Positions 47,426 to 59,653 of a stretch of 64,000 nt of DNA are shown here, one piece after another (position 1 is the stretch's first letter; every line of letters begins with the position of its first letter). The stretch is from NCBI GenBank assembly GCA_963744995.1, contig CAVUWA010000002.1, positions 384,001 through 448,000 on the forward strand, in the 5' to 3' direction. A program made the position numbers and the translations under genes. The DNA comes from Candidatus Eiseniibacteriota bacterium. Lineage in GTDB: Bacteria; Eisenbacteria; RBG-16-71-46. The notes below the pieces were generated by a model. That model made no database searches and had not been told where the DNA came from. It saw only the letters and a list, made by a program, of their open reading frames with translations.

Positions 47426-47845
47426 GTGCCAGTTGATCCCGCCGAACTCCTTCGCCACCATGGCGTTCAAGTCACCGCCCAGCGCCTCGCCGTGCTGCGT
47501 GCGGTGTCCGCACGTCCGCACAGCACGGCGGACGACGTGACCGAGGTCGCCAGGGGAGAGATCGGCGCCATCTCCCGCCAGTCGGTCTACGACGCGCTCA
47601 GCCTTCTGGCCGACAGGGGACTGATCCGCCGCATTCAGCCCGCCGGCTCGGCCGCCCGCTACGAAGGCCGGGTCGGAGACAACCACCACCACCTCATCTG
47701 CCGCGATTGCGGTCGCACGGTGGACGTCGACTGCGCCGTCGGCGACACCCCTTGCCTGACGGCGGGCGAGGACCACGGCTTCGAGATCACCGAGGCCGAG
47801 GTCATCTACTGGGGCCGCTGTCCGGAGTGCATGGCGAAGACATGA
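47426..47845 (+). CDS. furA: Fur-family transcriptional regulator (FurA/PerR-like)
   Basis: [40 protein letters not shown]...YWGRCPEC; directly upstream of katG. Confidence 0.88.
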   Translation: MPVDPAELLRHHGVQVTAQRLAVLRAVSARPHSTADDVTEVARGEIGAISRQSVYDALSLLADRGLIRRIQPAGSAARYEGRVGDNHHHLICRDCGRTVDVDCAVGDTPCLTAGEDHGFEITEAEVIYWGRCPECMAKT

Positions 47846-47957
47846 CCGTCGCCCTCACGCATCCGCGGCCACGCCCATGTCGAAGCCGAAGCGCCGCCGC
47901 GGCGCGCACGAAGGTTCACGCTCCACACACGACCCCCGGGTCGACGCCGACCCGTGA

Positions 47958-50185
<2,228 letters not shown>

Positions 50186-50272
50186 GCCGGGAGCGCTCGT
50201 GGCCGGGTGAGCGGTGCGATCGGGCCCGGCGCATCGGGCGAAGAAACGGCGCCATGGAGGCGCAGGACGACG

Positions 50273-51016
50273 ATGACAGACGTCCCGGACTATTCCGGGT
50301 TTGCGGAGAGCTATTCGGTCTCGCGCCCCGGCTATCCGAGCGAGCTGTTTGCATGGCTGGCCTCGGTGGCTCGAAGGCGCGAGCTCGCATGGGACACGGC
50401 CACGGGGAACGGGCAGGCGGCACTGGGGTTGGCGGTCCACTTCGACCGGGTCATCGGCACCGACACGAGCGCGGCGCAGATTGCCCACGCGAAGCATCAC
50501 CCTCGCGTGGAATACCAGGTCGGCCGCGCCGAGGACTCGGGTCTCTCATCCGACTCGGTGGACCTGGTGGGGGTGGCCTCCGCGCTGCACTGGTTCGACC
50601 TGCCGGCTTTCTACGAGGAGGCCCGGAGGATCGCACGCCGTGGTGGCGTGCTGGCGGCCTGGAGCTATCACGTGGCGCACGCCGATGCCCCCTTTGGGGA
50701 CGCCTTGTGGCGCTTCTACCGTGACGTCGTGCAACCGTACTTCTCACCGGGTGCGCGGCTGGTCGATGATCGCTACGAGGGAATCGTGCTCCCGGGGGAG
50801 CCGCTCGAGAGTCCGCCGTTCGCCCTCTCGGTCCACTGGACGGAGTCGGAGATCCTCGATTTCGTGAGAACGTGGAGTGGTGTTCAGTCGTACATCGAGG
50901 CCAGCGGAGAAGACCCCGTGAAGTGGCTTGCGCCCGAGATCGCGAGGATCTGCGGTTCTCCCGACCTGCGACACACCCTCCGTTGGCCGCTCTACCTTCG
51001 CGCCTCGAGGTTGTAG
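50273..51016 (+). CDS. Class I SAM-dependent methyltransferase
   Basis: [41 protein letters not shown]. Confidence 0.88.
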   Translation: MTDVPDYSGFAESYSVSRPGYPSELFAWLASVARRRELAWDTATGNGQAALGLAVHFDRVIGTDTSAAQIAHAKHHPRVEYQVGRAEDSGLSSDSVDLVGVASALHWFDLPAFYEEARRIARRGGVLAAWSYHVAHADAPFGDALWRFYRDVVQPYFSPGARLVDDRYEGIVLPGEPLESPPFALSVHWTESEILDFVRTWSGVQSYIEASGEDPVKWLAPEIARICGSPDLRHTLRWPLYLRASRL

Positions 51017-51350
51017 ATGCGACGCGGCGCGCTGCCCGGGCGCGGATCCGGCGGCCGCTCCGGTCCGGGTGAGGTCGGCGCCCGGCGGGCCGTGCCGTGG
51101 CTGCGGACGATGGATGGGGCCGCGAGCCCTGGCGATGGAGCCGGCCCGGTCGAAGTGGACTGAGCCGGGCCGCTCCCATGGGCTGGTGAGCGGATCCCTT
51201 CGATCCGATCCGCAGGACAGAGGCACGGCGCTGCCGCGAGGCCCGCGCTCACGGGGGCGTCGGGCCGTGGCCCGCCGAGCCACGGCGGGTTGCCGCAGTG
51301 GCCCCATCCCCGGCCCGCCGGCGACGCCGTGATGTCCCGCAACGGAGGGG

Positions 51351-51404
51351 TTGACAGCGCCGCCCACTCAACGCATATTCTCATGCGTAGAGATGTTGAG
51401 TGGG
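51351..51404 (+). promoter_or_regulatory. Putative nos-cluster promoter/operator with nested dyads
   Basis: TTGACA at 51351; inverted repeat cccactcaac (51363-72) / gttgagtggg (51395-404); inner dyad ACGCAT-N6-ATGCGT (51371-88) over the likely -10 region. Confidence 0.5.
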
Positions 51405-51483
51405 GGCCTCGGTCCGGTCGGGCTGCGATCGCCGGGAGCGCCCCGGTTCCTGACAGCAAATCTGCCCGCCACTGGGAGGAATC

Positions 51484-51927
51484 ATGAATCGCCCAACCCT
51501 GATCCCCGTCCTGGCCGTGGCCGCCGGGGCGCTGCTCTTCGCCATCGGCTGTGGAGCGGGGGGCTCGTCGCCCGAATCCCACTCCGACAGCAGCGTGAAG
51601 GCCGACGCTGGATCTTCCGCTGCAGTGCAGGTGACCGCTGCCGACCGCACGGAAGCGGACCACCTGTTCGCCACCCGCTGCGCGACCTGTCACGGCCCCG
51701 ACGCGCGTGGCGATGGCCCCGCGGCGGAGGGACTCAATCCCAAGCCCCGCAACTTCCATGACCGCGAGTGGCAGCAGGCCACCAGCGACGAAACCATCGA
51801 GAGCGCCATCGTCTACGGCGGCGCGGCCGTGGGAAAGAGCCCGGCCATGGCACCCAACCCCGATCTGCAGGCCAAACCCGGTGTGGTTGCGGCCCTGCGC
51901 GAGAAAGTCCGTGCGTTCGGCAAGTAG
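51484..51927 (+). CDS. Monoheme c-type cytochrome lipoprotein
   Basis: Lipobox AIGC; heme motif CATCH; GDGPAA..LNPKPRNF; distal Met in SPAMAP. Confidence 0.9.
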   Translation: MNRPTLIPVLAVAAGALLFAIGCGAGGSSPESHSDSSVKADAGSSAAVQVTAADRTEADHLFATRCATCHGPDARGDGPAAEGLNPKPRNFHDREWQQATSDETIESAIVYGGAAVGKSPAMAPNPDLQAKPGVVAALREKVRAFGK

Positions 51928-51991
51928 CGACCGGGCGCCTGCCTGCGGCGTGCCGCGTCATCCGGCCGCCGGGTACGTGAGGAGGCACAAC

Positions 51992-53959
51992 ATGTCGATG
52001 CGAGGAAGGATCGGATCCGCGGCGCGACTCGCGCCGGTGCTGCTGGTGGCGGGCCTGCTGGCGTCGTGCAGCGGCGCGGGGGGCGGGGCCAAGTCGACGA
52101 CCGACATCCGGTCGCTCATGAAGGAGCGCAAGCTCACCGATCAGGACGTGGTCGCGGCGCTCAAGACCTATACGCCGACCGGACGCCCGGATCCGTTCCT
52201 GATGTTCTCGTCGGGCGGCCACAGCGGGCATGTCATCGTGATCGGCGTGCCCAGCATGCGCATCCTGAAGTACATCGGGGTGTTCACTCCCGAGCCCTGG
52301 CAGGGCTACGGATTCGACGACGGCACCCGTGCGATGCTCGCCGCCAGCTCGCCGCGCGGGCACGAGCTGACCTGGGGCGACACGCACCACCCCGCGCTTT
52401 CCGAAACCGAAGGTGACTACGACGGCGAGTACCTGTTCGTCAACGACAAGGCGAATGCCCGCATCGCGGTGGTCAACCTCAAGGACCTGGTGACCACCCA
52501 GATCGTGCACAGCGGGATCCTCAAGTCGGATCACGGCGGCGCCTTCGTCACTCCCAACACCGACTACGTGATCGAGGGCGGTCAGTATCCGGCCCCGCTC
52601 GACGGTAGCTACGCACCGCTCGATCAGTACGACGACAAGTATCGCAGCGCGGTGGTGTTCTGGAAGTTCGACCGCGCAAACGGGCGCATCGACCCGTCCC
52701 GGTCGTTCGCCATGGAACTGCCGCCTTACATGCAGGACCTGACCGACGTCGGCAAACTGGCGAGTGATGGCTGGTGCTTCATCAACAGCTTCGACACCGA
52801 GCGCTCGCACGGCGGCATTCAGCAGGGACAACCGCCGCTCGAATCGGGCGCCTCGCAGAACGACATGGACTACCTGCACATCATCCCGTGGCGGAAGGCC
52901 GCCGAAATCGCCGCCGCGGCCGGGAACACGCGCACGATCCAGGGAATGCGGGTCATTCCGCTCGACGTCTCGCTGCGCGAGGGACTGCTCTACTTCGTGC
53001 CGGAGCCCAAGAGCCCGCACGGCGTCGACGTCACCCCGGACGGCGAGCGGCTGTGCATCTCGGGCAAGCTCGACACGCACGAGACCGTGTACAGCTGGGC
53101 CAAGATCAAGTCGCTGATCGATGGCGGCACGTTCGCGGGCAAGGATCCCTACGGCATCCCGATCCTGTCGTTCCAGGATGCGATCGACGGGCAGGTCGAG
53201 CTCGGGCTGGGCCCGCTCCATACCCAGTTCGACGGCAAGGGGTACGGCTACACCAGCCTGTTCATCGAGTCGAAAATCGCGCGCTGGTCGCTCAACGACC
53301 TCAAGCTGGTGGACAAGATCCCGGTGCACTACAACATCGGACACCTCAGCATCGCGGGCGGCGACACCGAGCATCCCGACGGCCACTACATGGTGGCGAT
53401 GAACAAGTGGTCGATCGACCGCTTCAAGAACGTCGGTCCGCTGCTGCCCCAGAACTTCCAGCTGATCGACATCTCGGGCGACGCGATGCAGTTGCTCTAC
53501 GACATGCCGATCGGCCTCGGCGAGCCGCACTATGCCCAGATCATCAGCTCGGACAAGGTCAAGGCATGGGAGATGTACACGCCGGTCGGCACGGACGCGG
53601 TGAGCCACAAGCCCGATCCCTCGGCCACGACCAGCGAGAAGGATGCCCGCGTCGTCCGCAACGGTCGCACCGTGGACGTCTACATGACGCTGGTCCGCAG
53701 CCACCTGGTCCCGGATGCCGTGACGGTGAAGAAAGGCGACACCGTGCGCATGCACCTGACCAACATCGAGCAGGCGCAGGACGCGACGCACGGCTTCTGC
53801 ATCAACGATTACGACATCAATCTGTCCATGGAACCGGGCAAGTCGGCCGACGCGACCTTCGTCGCAGACCAGGCCGGCGTGTTCCCCTACTACTGCACCG
53901 AGTTCTGCTCGGCCCTCCATCTCGAGATGGCGGGCTACCTGCTCGTGCAGCCGGACTGA
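51992..53959 (+). CDS. nosZ: Sec-dependent (clade II) nitrous-oxide reductase
   Basis: Lipoprotein-type signal LLASC with no twin-Arg; SGGHSG, GVFTPEPWQGYG, WGDTHHP, PKSPHG, GPLHT, GEPHY; CuA motif CTEFCSALHLEM. Confidence 0.96.
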   Translation: MSMRGRIGSAARLAPVLLVAGLLASCSGAGGGAKSTTDIRSLMKERKLTDQDVVAALKTYTPTGRPDPFLMFSSGGHSGHVIVIGVPSMRILKYIGVFTPEPWQGYGFDDGTRAMLAASSPRGHELTWGDTHHPALSETEGDYDGEYLFVNDKANARIAVVNLKDLVTTQIVHSGILKSDHGGAFVTPNTDYVIEGGQYPAPLDGSYAPLDQYDDKYRSAVVFWKFDRANGRIDPSRSFAMELPPYMQDLTDVGKLASDGWCFINSFDTERSHGGIQQGQPPLESGASQNDMDYLHIIPWRKAAEIAAAAGNTRTIQGMRVIPLDVSLREGLLYFVPEPKSPHGVDVTPDGERLCISGKLDTHETVYSWAKIKSLIDGGTFAGKDPYGIPILSFQDAIDGQVELGLGPLHTQFDGKGYGYTSLFIESKIARWSLNDLKLVDKIPVHYNIGHLSIAGGDTEHPDGHYMVAMNKWSIDRFKNVGPLLPQNFQLIDISGDAMQLLYDMPIGLGEPHYAQIISSDKVKAWEMYTPVGTDAVSHKPDPSATTSEKDARVVRNGRTVDVYMTLVRSHLVPDAVTVKKGDTVRMHLTNIEQAQDATHGFCINDYDINLSMEPGKSADATFVADQAGVFPYYCTEFCSALHLEMAGYLLVQPD

Positions 53960-54030
53960 TGGCGCCCCGGCCGGGGGCGGGGCCAACTCGCGCCCGCCCC
54001 GGCCGGACGCCGCGTCAGGGATGGTGAGAG

Positions 54031-55410
54031 TTGAAGCGCTTCCTTCCACATCGGCCCGCGCACATGCGGCGATATCTGGTTGCCGTCACCGCCATGGTCG
54101 CGGTCGCCGCGGTCGTGGTGATGGCCGGTCTGCCGAGTGCGCGGACGCAACCGGGCCTGCCGGAGTGGCACCTGCCCGCACCGCCGCAGCGCCCGGCGGG
54201 CGCAATCGCGGTAGCCGCCGGTGCCGGGCTCCAGCGCCTGCTCGACGAGGCGGAACCACACGCCGTGTTCGCGCTTGCGCCGGGACGGTACGCCGGCCCG
54301 CTGACCGTGCGCCGGCCGGTCGTCCTGTGGGGACCGCGTGCAGCGGTGATCCGCTCGAACGGACGTGGCACGACGATCGAAGTCGCCGCGGACAGCGTTG
54401 CGCTGCTGGGCTTCACGGTGGACGGCAGCGGCGACCGATACGATCGGCTCGACGCGGCCGTTCACGTGCGCGGCAACGACGTGAGGATCGCCGGGCTCAC
54501 CGTGCGTCGCGCGCTCTTCGGGGTCGTCGCCGAGGAATCGTGGCGCGTGGCGGTCGTCGGCAACGACATCGCCGGCGACCCTGCGCGGCCCCCGGGCCTG
54601 CGCGGGGACGCGATCCGTTTCTGGGAGACGCGCGGGTCCATGATCGCACGCAACCACGTCGCGCACAGCCGTGACATCGTGGTCTGGTACTCCCCGGGAA
54701 ACCGCATCGCCGGGAATCTGGTCGAGGACGGCCGCTACGGCACGCATTTCATGTACAGCAGCGAATCGGTGGTGGAACACAACCGCTACCTGCGCGACGT
54801 CGTCGGGGTGTTCGTCATGTACTCGCGCGACATCCGGTTGCGCGACAACCTGCTCGCCGGCGCCATGGCTGCGGACGGGATGGGCGTCGGGTGCAAGGAG
54901 TCCGGCAACCTCCGGTTCGAAGGCAACCAGTTCGTGAAAGACCGGATCGGGTTGTATCTCGACACCTCGCCGCTCGACGTCGGCGATTCGAATACCTGCT
55001 CGGGCAACGGCTTTTCGCTCTGCCAGACGGCTATCGTGTTCCACGGGAGCGAATCGCGAAACCGTTTCGTCGGCAACCGGCTCGCCGACAACCAGACGCA
55101 GGTCATGGTCGAAGGCCGCGGAACCGCGATGGGCGTGACGTGGCTCGGCAACTACTTCGACGACTACCGAGGCTACGATTTCGACGGCGACGGCGCGGGC
55201 GACGTGCCCTACGAACTTCGCAGCCTTTCCGACCAGCTCACTGCGGCCCGTCCGGAGCTGCGGTTTTTCCAGGGTGCGATCGCGCTCGACCTGGTGGACG
55301 TGGCGGGTGAGGTGCTGCCGCTGCTCGAGCCGACGACGCTGCTGCGCGACCCGCGGCCACGCATGCAGCCGGGCCCCTCGGTCCGGAGCGAGGTGCATCA
55401 TGCGCGTTGA
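54031..55410 (+). CDS. nosD: Nitrous oxide reductase maturation protein NosD
   Basis: LRGDAIRFW, GRYGTHFMYS, GVFVMYS, GNYFDDYRGYD.DGDG.GD.PY. The start may be ATG 54064. Confidence 0.92.
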   Translation: MKRFLPHRPAHMRRYLVAVTAMVAVAAVVVMAGLPSARTQPGLPEWHLPAPPQRPAGAIAVAAGAGLQRLLDEAEPHAVFALAPGRYAGPLTVRRPVVLWGPRAAVIRSNGRGTTIEVAADSVALLGFTVDGSGDRYDRLDAAVHVRGNDVRIAGLTVRRALFGVVAEESWRVAVVGNDIAGDPARPPGLRGDAIRFWETRGSMIARNHVAHSRDIVVWYSPGNRIAGNLVEDGRYGTHFMYSSESVVEHNRYLRDVVGVFVMYSRDIRLRDNLLAGAMAADGMGVGCKESGNLRFEGNQFVKDRIGLYLDTSPLDVGDSNTCSGNGFSLCQTAIVFHGSESRNRFVGNRLADNQTQVMVEGRGTAMGVTWLGNYFDDYRGYDFDGDGAGDVPYELRSLSDQLTAARPELRFFQGAIALDLVDVAGEVLPLLEPTTLLRDPRPRMQPGPSVRSEVHHAR

Positions 55411-56281
55411 AACGATCGGTCTGCGGCGCCGCTTCGGGGCAGTGACCGCGCTCGACGGGGTGTCGTTCGAGGTTGCCGCCGGCCGTCGGGTGGCGGTGAT
55501 CGGCCCCAACGGTTCCGGCAAGTCCACGCTCATGCGGGCGATTCTCGGGTTGCTGGCATTCGAGGGGACGGTCCGTCTCGACGGCCGGAGTCCGTTCGAG
55601 CACCGCGCTGCGCTCGCCCGCCGGCTGGCGTACGTGCCCCAGACCGCGCCGCAGCTGGCCGCGCCGGTGGGGGAGATCGTCGCGGCCGTCACCCGGATTC
55701 GAATGCTGCCGTCTGCCGCGGTGGCCGACGCGGCGGCCCGCATCGGCCTGGACGTCGCCGCGCTCGCGGCGCGTCCGGTGCGGGGCCTGTCCGGCGGGAT
55801 GCGGCAGAAGCTGATGATCGCGCTGGCGCTCGCCGGGCGGCCTTCGCTGGTGGTCATGGACGAGCCGACGGCCAGTCTCGATGCCGCGTCGCGCGCTCGT
55901 TTCTTCAGTCTCTACGACGAGGTCGCCGCCGGTGCGACGCTGCTGCTCTGCTCGCACCGACTCGAGGAAGTGAGCCACCTGGTCGAGGGGGTGATCGCCC
56001 TCGAGGGCGGACGGGTGACGTTCGACGGCCCGGTGGACAGGTTCCTCGAAACCCGCTCCCACAGCGTGCTCGAGGTTTGGGCCCGCGGTCACGTCGACCG
56101 CGACTGGTTCGCAGCGCGCGGCTTCGTGGCCGGGCAGGGAGGCTCCTGGGTGCGCGTGGTGAGCCGCGCCGAGAAGCTGCCGCTGCTGCGCGAGGTGACC
56201 GCGCACTGCAACGGCAAGCTTTCCAACGTCGTGCTGCGCGACCTCGAGACCCTCGACGTGCACCCGGCCGGGGAGGGGTGA
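55400..56281 (+). CDS. nosF: ABC transporter ATP-binding protein NosF
   Basis: [33 protein letters not shown]; follows nosD. Confidence 0.88.
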   Translation: MRVETIGLRRRFGAVTALDGVSFEVAAGRRVAVIGPNGSGKSTLMRAILGLLAFEGTVRLDGRSPFEHRAALARRLAYVPQTAPQLAAPVGEIVAAVTRIRMLPSAAVADAAARIGLDVAALAARPVRGLSGGMRQKLMIALALAGRPSLVVMDEPTASLDAASRARFFSLYDEVAAGATLLLCSHRLEEVSHLVEGVIALEGGRVTFDGPVDRFLETRSHSVLEVWARGHVDRDWFAARGFVAGQGGSWVRVVSRAEKLPLLREVTAHCNGKLSNVVLRDLETLDVHPAGEG

Positions 56282-56282
56282 G

Positions 56283-56747
56283 ATGAAACGGAACCAGAGC
56301 GTCGTTCGCCGCGCTGCGTGGCTGCTCGCCGGCCTCGCCCTCGTCGCCGGCTTCACGTTCGTCGTGGTGCGATCGCAGGCCCTTCCGGACGGACCGCGGC
56401 CGGTGGTGTGGGACCAGCAGACGTGCGCCGAGTGCCGGATGACGGTGAGCGACCGGCGGTTCGCCTGCCAGCTGCAGACCACCGACGGGCGGGTACTCGA
56501 CTTCGACGATCCCGGCTGTCTGTTCCACTACCTGTCGGAGGACGCGCCGCCGGTGCGCGCGCTCTACTTCCACGCCTTCGACGGAGACCGCTGGCTGGAC
56601 CGCGACCGCGTCGGTTTCATCACCGGGGCGCGAGGCCCGATGGGCTACGACCTGGCCGCCGTCGCCGCGGGCCGCACAGGGGCACTCGATTTCGAGGCGG
56701 CGCGCGCCCGCGCCCTGACCGAGGAGGATTCCCATGTCCCGCGCTGA
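56283..56747 (+). CDS. nosL: NosL-family copper chaperone
   Basis: CAECRMTVSDRRFA, FDDPGCL, GPMGY. Confidence 0.85.
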   Translation: MKRNQSVVRRAAWLLAGLALVAGFTFVVVRSQALPDGPRPVVWDQQTCAECRMTVSDRRFACQLQTTDGRVLDFDDPGCLFHYLSEDAPPVRALYFHAFDGDRWLDRDRVGFITGARGPMGYDLAAVAAGRTGALDFEAARARALTEEDSHVPR

Positions 56748-57588
56748 CGTCACTCATGCCGGCCGCGTGCTCGCCCTGGCGCGGCTCGACTTTGCAGAGG
56801 TGCTGCGTTCGCGCTGGCTGCTGTTCTGTGCGGGCCTGTACGCGATCCTCGCAGCGGTGTTCGTGCTGGTCGGCATGCGGGAATCGGGCGTGCTGGGCTT
56901 CACCGGCATGGGCCGTGTGCTCCTGTCGCTGTGCCACGCGCTCGTGCTGCTGCTGCCGCTGCTGGCGCTCACCGGCAGCGGGCAGGTGGTGAACCGCGCT
57001 CGCGAGGACGGCACTCTGGAGCTGTTGTTCAGCCACCCGGTGGAACGCCGCGACTATTTCGCGGCGGTGACCTGGGTGCGTTTTCTCGCCCTGTTCGCGC
57101 CGCTCTTCCTGCTGCTGATCGGTCTCGCCGCCGCCGGCCGATGGGTTTTCGGTCAGCCCGTGGCGTGGTCGTTCCTCGGGCGATCGCTGCTCGTCAGCGC
57201 CAGCCTGATCTGGAGCTTTCTCGGCATCGGCATCGCCATTTCGACGCTGGTACGCGGCCAGGCGAAGGCATTGATGGTTCTGCTGCTGGTCTGGGTCCTG
57301 GGCGTGGCCCTGCTCGATTTCGCGCTCATCGGCCTGATGCTGCAATGGCGGCTCAACGCGGCCGGGGTCTTTCTGCTGTCCGCCGTCAATCCGGTCGAAA
57401 GCGCACGCATGGCGCTGCTGTCGGCCGCCGACCCGGATCTCGGCGTGCTCGGACCGGTCGGTTTCTTTCTGGCTCACCGCATCGGCGCCCCGGCGCTGCT
57501 GGCGCTGGGCGTGGCATGGCCGGCGGTGGTCGGGAGTTCGGCGTGGCTCGCCGCCCGGCGCTCGTTCCTCCGCGGCGACCTGGTCTAG
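56734..57588 (+). CDS. nosY: ABC transporter permease NosY
   Basis: Multi-TM; REDGTLELLFSHP, NPVESAR; nos context. Confidence 0.85.
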   Translation: MSRADVTHAGRVLALARLDFAEVLRSRWLLFCAGLYAILAAVFVLVGMRESGVLGFTGMGRVLLSLCHALVLLLPLLALTGSGQVVNRAREDGTLELLFSHPVERRDYFAAVTWVRFLALFAPLFLLLIGLAAAGRWVFGQPVAWSFLGRSLLVSASLIWSFLGIGIAISTLVRGQAKALMVLLLVWVLGVALLDFALIGLMLQWRLNAAGVFLLSAVNPVESARMALLSAADPDLGVLGPVGFFLAHRIGAPALLALGVAWPAVVGSSAWLAARRSFLRGDLV

Positions 57589-57599
57589 AGGAGGGTTTC

Positions 57600-58268
57600 A
57601 TGGCCACTCATCCACATCCCAAGATTGACGCGTTCTACGAGTTCCTGGACAAGCCGATCCGGCTCGGCGCCCGCATCGTGCTGGCGCTGCTCGTGATTCC
57701 GATGGCGCTCAGCATGACCCAGCCCCTCTGGCGCATGAGCATGGTCGCCCCGCAGTACCCGCACGGGCTCAGGATCGACCTCTACACCTACAAGCTGGTG
57801 GGCGGGAACAACGATCACGACCTCGCGGAGATCAACGAGCTCAACCATTACATCGGGATGATGAAGGTGAACCGCGAGTCGATGTCCGATCTCGACTGGC
57901 TGCCGTTCGCCTTCGGTCTACTGATCGTCATCGCGCTGCGCGCGGCCGCCATCGGCAGCGTGCGCAGCCTGATCGACCTGAGCGTCCTGGTCGGCTATGT
58001 GGCGTTGTTCTCGATGGCGCGGTTCGTCTACAAGCTGTATACGTTCGGCCACTTTCTCGATCCACGCGCGCCCGTCCACATCGAACCGTTCATGCCGGTC
58101 GTGCTCGGGACGAAACAGGTGGCCAACTTCACCACCCATTCCTATCCTCAGATCGGGACGTTCATGGTGCTGGTGTTCGCATTCGGTATCTTCGCGCTGA
58201 CCGCATGGCATCTGGTGCGCGGTTACCGCGCGCGCTGGGGGGGGCCTGCGGCCGCTGCGGGCCACTAG
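57600..58268 (+). CDS. nosB: Clade II nos-cluster membrane protein NosB
   Basis: GAGG RBS; PLWRM...APQYP.GL, EINELNHYIGM, GH.LDP.AP, P...G.KQ.ANF...SYP. Confidence 0.8.
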   Translation: MATHPHPKIDAFYEFLDKPIRLGARIVLALLVIPMALSMTQPLWRMSMVAPQYPHGLRIDLYTYKLVGGNNDHDLAEINELNHYIGMMKVNRESMSDLDWLPFAFGLLIVIALRAAAIGSVRSLIDLSVLVGYVALFSMARFVYKLYTFGHFLDPRAPVHIEPFMPVVLGTKQVANFTTHSYPQIGTFMVLVFAFGIFALTAWHLVRGYRARWGGPAAAAGH

Positions 58269-58277
58269 GGAGGCAGG

Positions 58278-58682
58278 ATGGTCAGCCAGACGGGCCGATA
58301 CGCGCTGCGGATCCTCGCTTATCTCGTCGATCACCCGGGGCAGTGGGTGCAGGGCAGCCAGATTGCGGCCGAGACCCGGATTCCACCGAACTACCTGTCG
58401 AAGATTCTGAACCAGCTGGGCAAGGGCGGCTTCGTGCTCAGCCGGAAGGGCTGGGGGGGTGGATTTCGGCTCAAGGAGAGCGCCCGACGGATCCACATCG
58501 CGAAGGTGCTCGATCGATTCGAGGGCCCGCGCGACGACAAGCGTTGCTTTTTCGAGATGCGGCGTTGCGATGCCGAGCGGCCCTGCGCGCTGCATCATCA
58601 CTGGGAACGCATTCAGTCTCAGTACCGCGAGATGCTGAGGGCCACCACGATCGGGGACCTGCGCGCCGTGTCGGTCGAATGA
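58278..58682 (+). CDS. Rrf2-family transcriptional regulator with three Cys (probable Fe-S ligands)
   Basis: YALRIL.YL, IP.NYLSKIL..L, S.KG.GGGF.L, RCFFEMRRCDAERPCALHHHW. Confidence 0.9.
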   Translation: MVSQTGRYALRILAYLVDHPGQWVQGSQIAAETRIPPNYLSKILNQLGKGGFVLSRKGWGGGFRLKESARRIHIAKVLDRFEGPRDDKRCFFEMRRCDAERPCALHHHWERIQSQYREMLRATTIGDLRAVSVE

Positions 58683-58838
58683 AGCGCCCGCGGCCCCTCG
58701 TGACGCCGAAGCAGGCGCTGCGCCGGACCCGGCGGGCATGCAGGCTTTGCGGGGTTCGGAATTCCCCAGGCGCGGTGAGGCGAGCTCGATCGCCGCATCG
58801 TGTCACCACCCGGGAAGTGAAGCGAGCAGGAGGATCAG

Positions 58839-59438
58839 ATGCCCCTCGGATATTCGGACGCAAGCCGGGAGTTACAGGAAAGATTCGATACCCGCCGCCT
58901 CGCCGACCGCCTCGCGTCGGTCAAGGTGCACGATCGGTTCACGGAGGCGGACCGGGAATTCATCCAGGCCAGGGACATGTTCTTTCTGGCGACGGTCGAT
59001 CACCAGGGCCAGCCGACCTGCTCCTACAAGGGCGGGGATCCCGGTTTCGTGACGATTGTCGACGAGACGACTCTGGCGTTCCCGAACTACGATGGCAACG
59101 GGATGTACCTGTCGATGGGAAATGTGAGCCAGACCGGCCGCGTGGGACTCCTGTTCATCGATTTCGAGCGTCCGCGTCGCATGCGTGTGGACGGCCTCGC
59201 CGAGCTCGTGTTCGATCCGGGGGTCATGGCGAGGTATCCGGAGTGCCAGTTCGTGGTGCAGGTGCGGGCGACGGCGATCTATCCGAATTGCCCGCGGTAC
59301 GTGCATCAACTCGCGCTCGTCGAACACTCGTCATTCGTGCCGCGGAGCGGCGTGGCGACGCCGACGCCGGAGTGGAAGCGTTCGGACTGGGCACGTGACG
59401 TCCTGCCGGCGGGCGATCCGGCAAAAGACCGCTCCTGA
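58839..59438 (+). CDS. Pyridoxamine 5'-phosphate oxidase-family (FMN-binding split barrel) protein
   Basis: FFLATVD..GQPTCSYKGGDPGFV, FPNYDGNGMYLSMGN, GLLFIDFE, NCPRYVH. Confidence 0.88.
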   Translation: MPLGYSDASRELQERFDTRRLADRLASVKVHDRFTEADREFIQARDMFFLATVDHQGQPTCSYKGGDPGFVTIVDETTLAFPNYDGNGMYLSMGNVSQTGRVGLLFIDFERPRRMRVDGLAELVFDPGVMARYPECQFVVQVRATAIYPNCPRYVHQLALVEHSSFVPRSGVATPTPEWKRSDWARDVLPAGDPAKDRS

Positions 59439-59585
59439 TGCACCGCAGACCACCGGGTGCTCCTCCCAACGGAGCAGGGGAGCGGGCGCATCGGGGCAAA
59501 CCGTTGGCCGCCAAGGTGTTGTGTGAGCATTCGCGGTGGGCCGCCGGAACCGGGCCGCAGGCGTCGGTCCAGGCCTGCTGTCCAT

Positions 59586-59645
59586 TTGACCAAATCCCCA
59601 CGAATCATTACCTTCGCCACGTAATCTAACGCTTACGTAAGGGTT
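59586..59645 (+). promoter_or_regulatory. Promoter and palindromic operator upstream of the merR-suf operon
   Basis: TTGACC (59586), 17-bp spacer, TACCTT (59609); near-perfect 18-bp palindrome AACGCTTACGTAAGGGTT at 59628-59645. Confidence 0.5.
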
Positions 59646-59653
59646 GGACGAAG

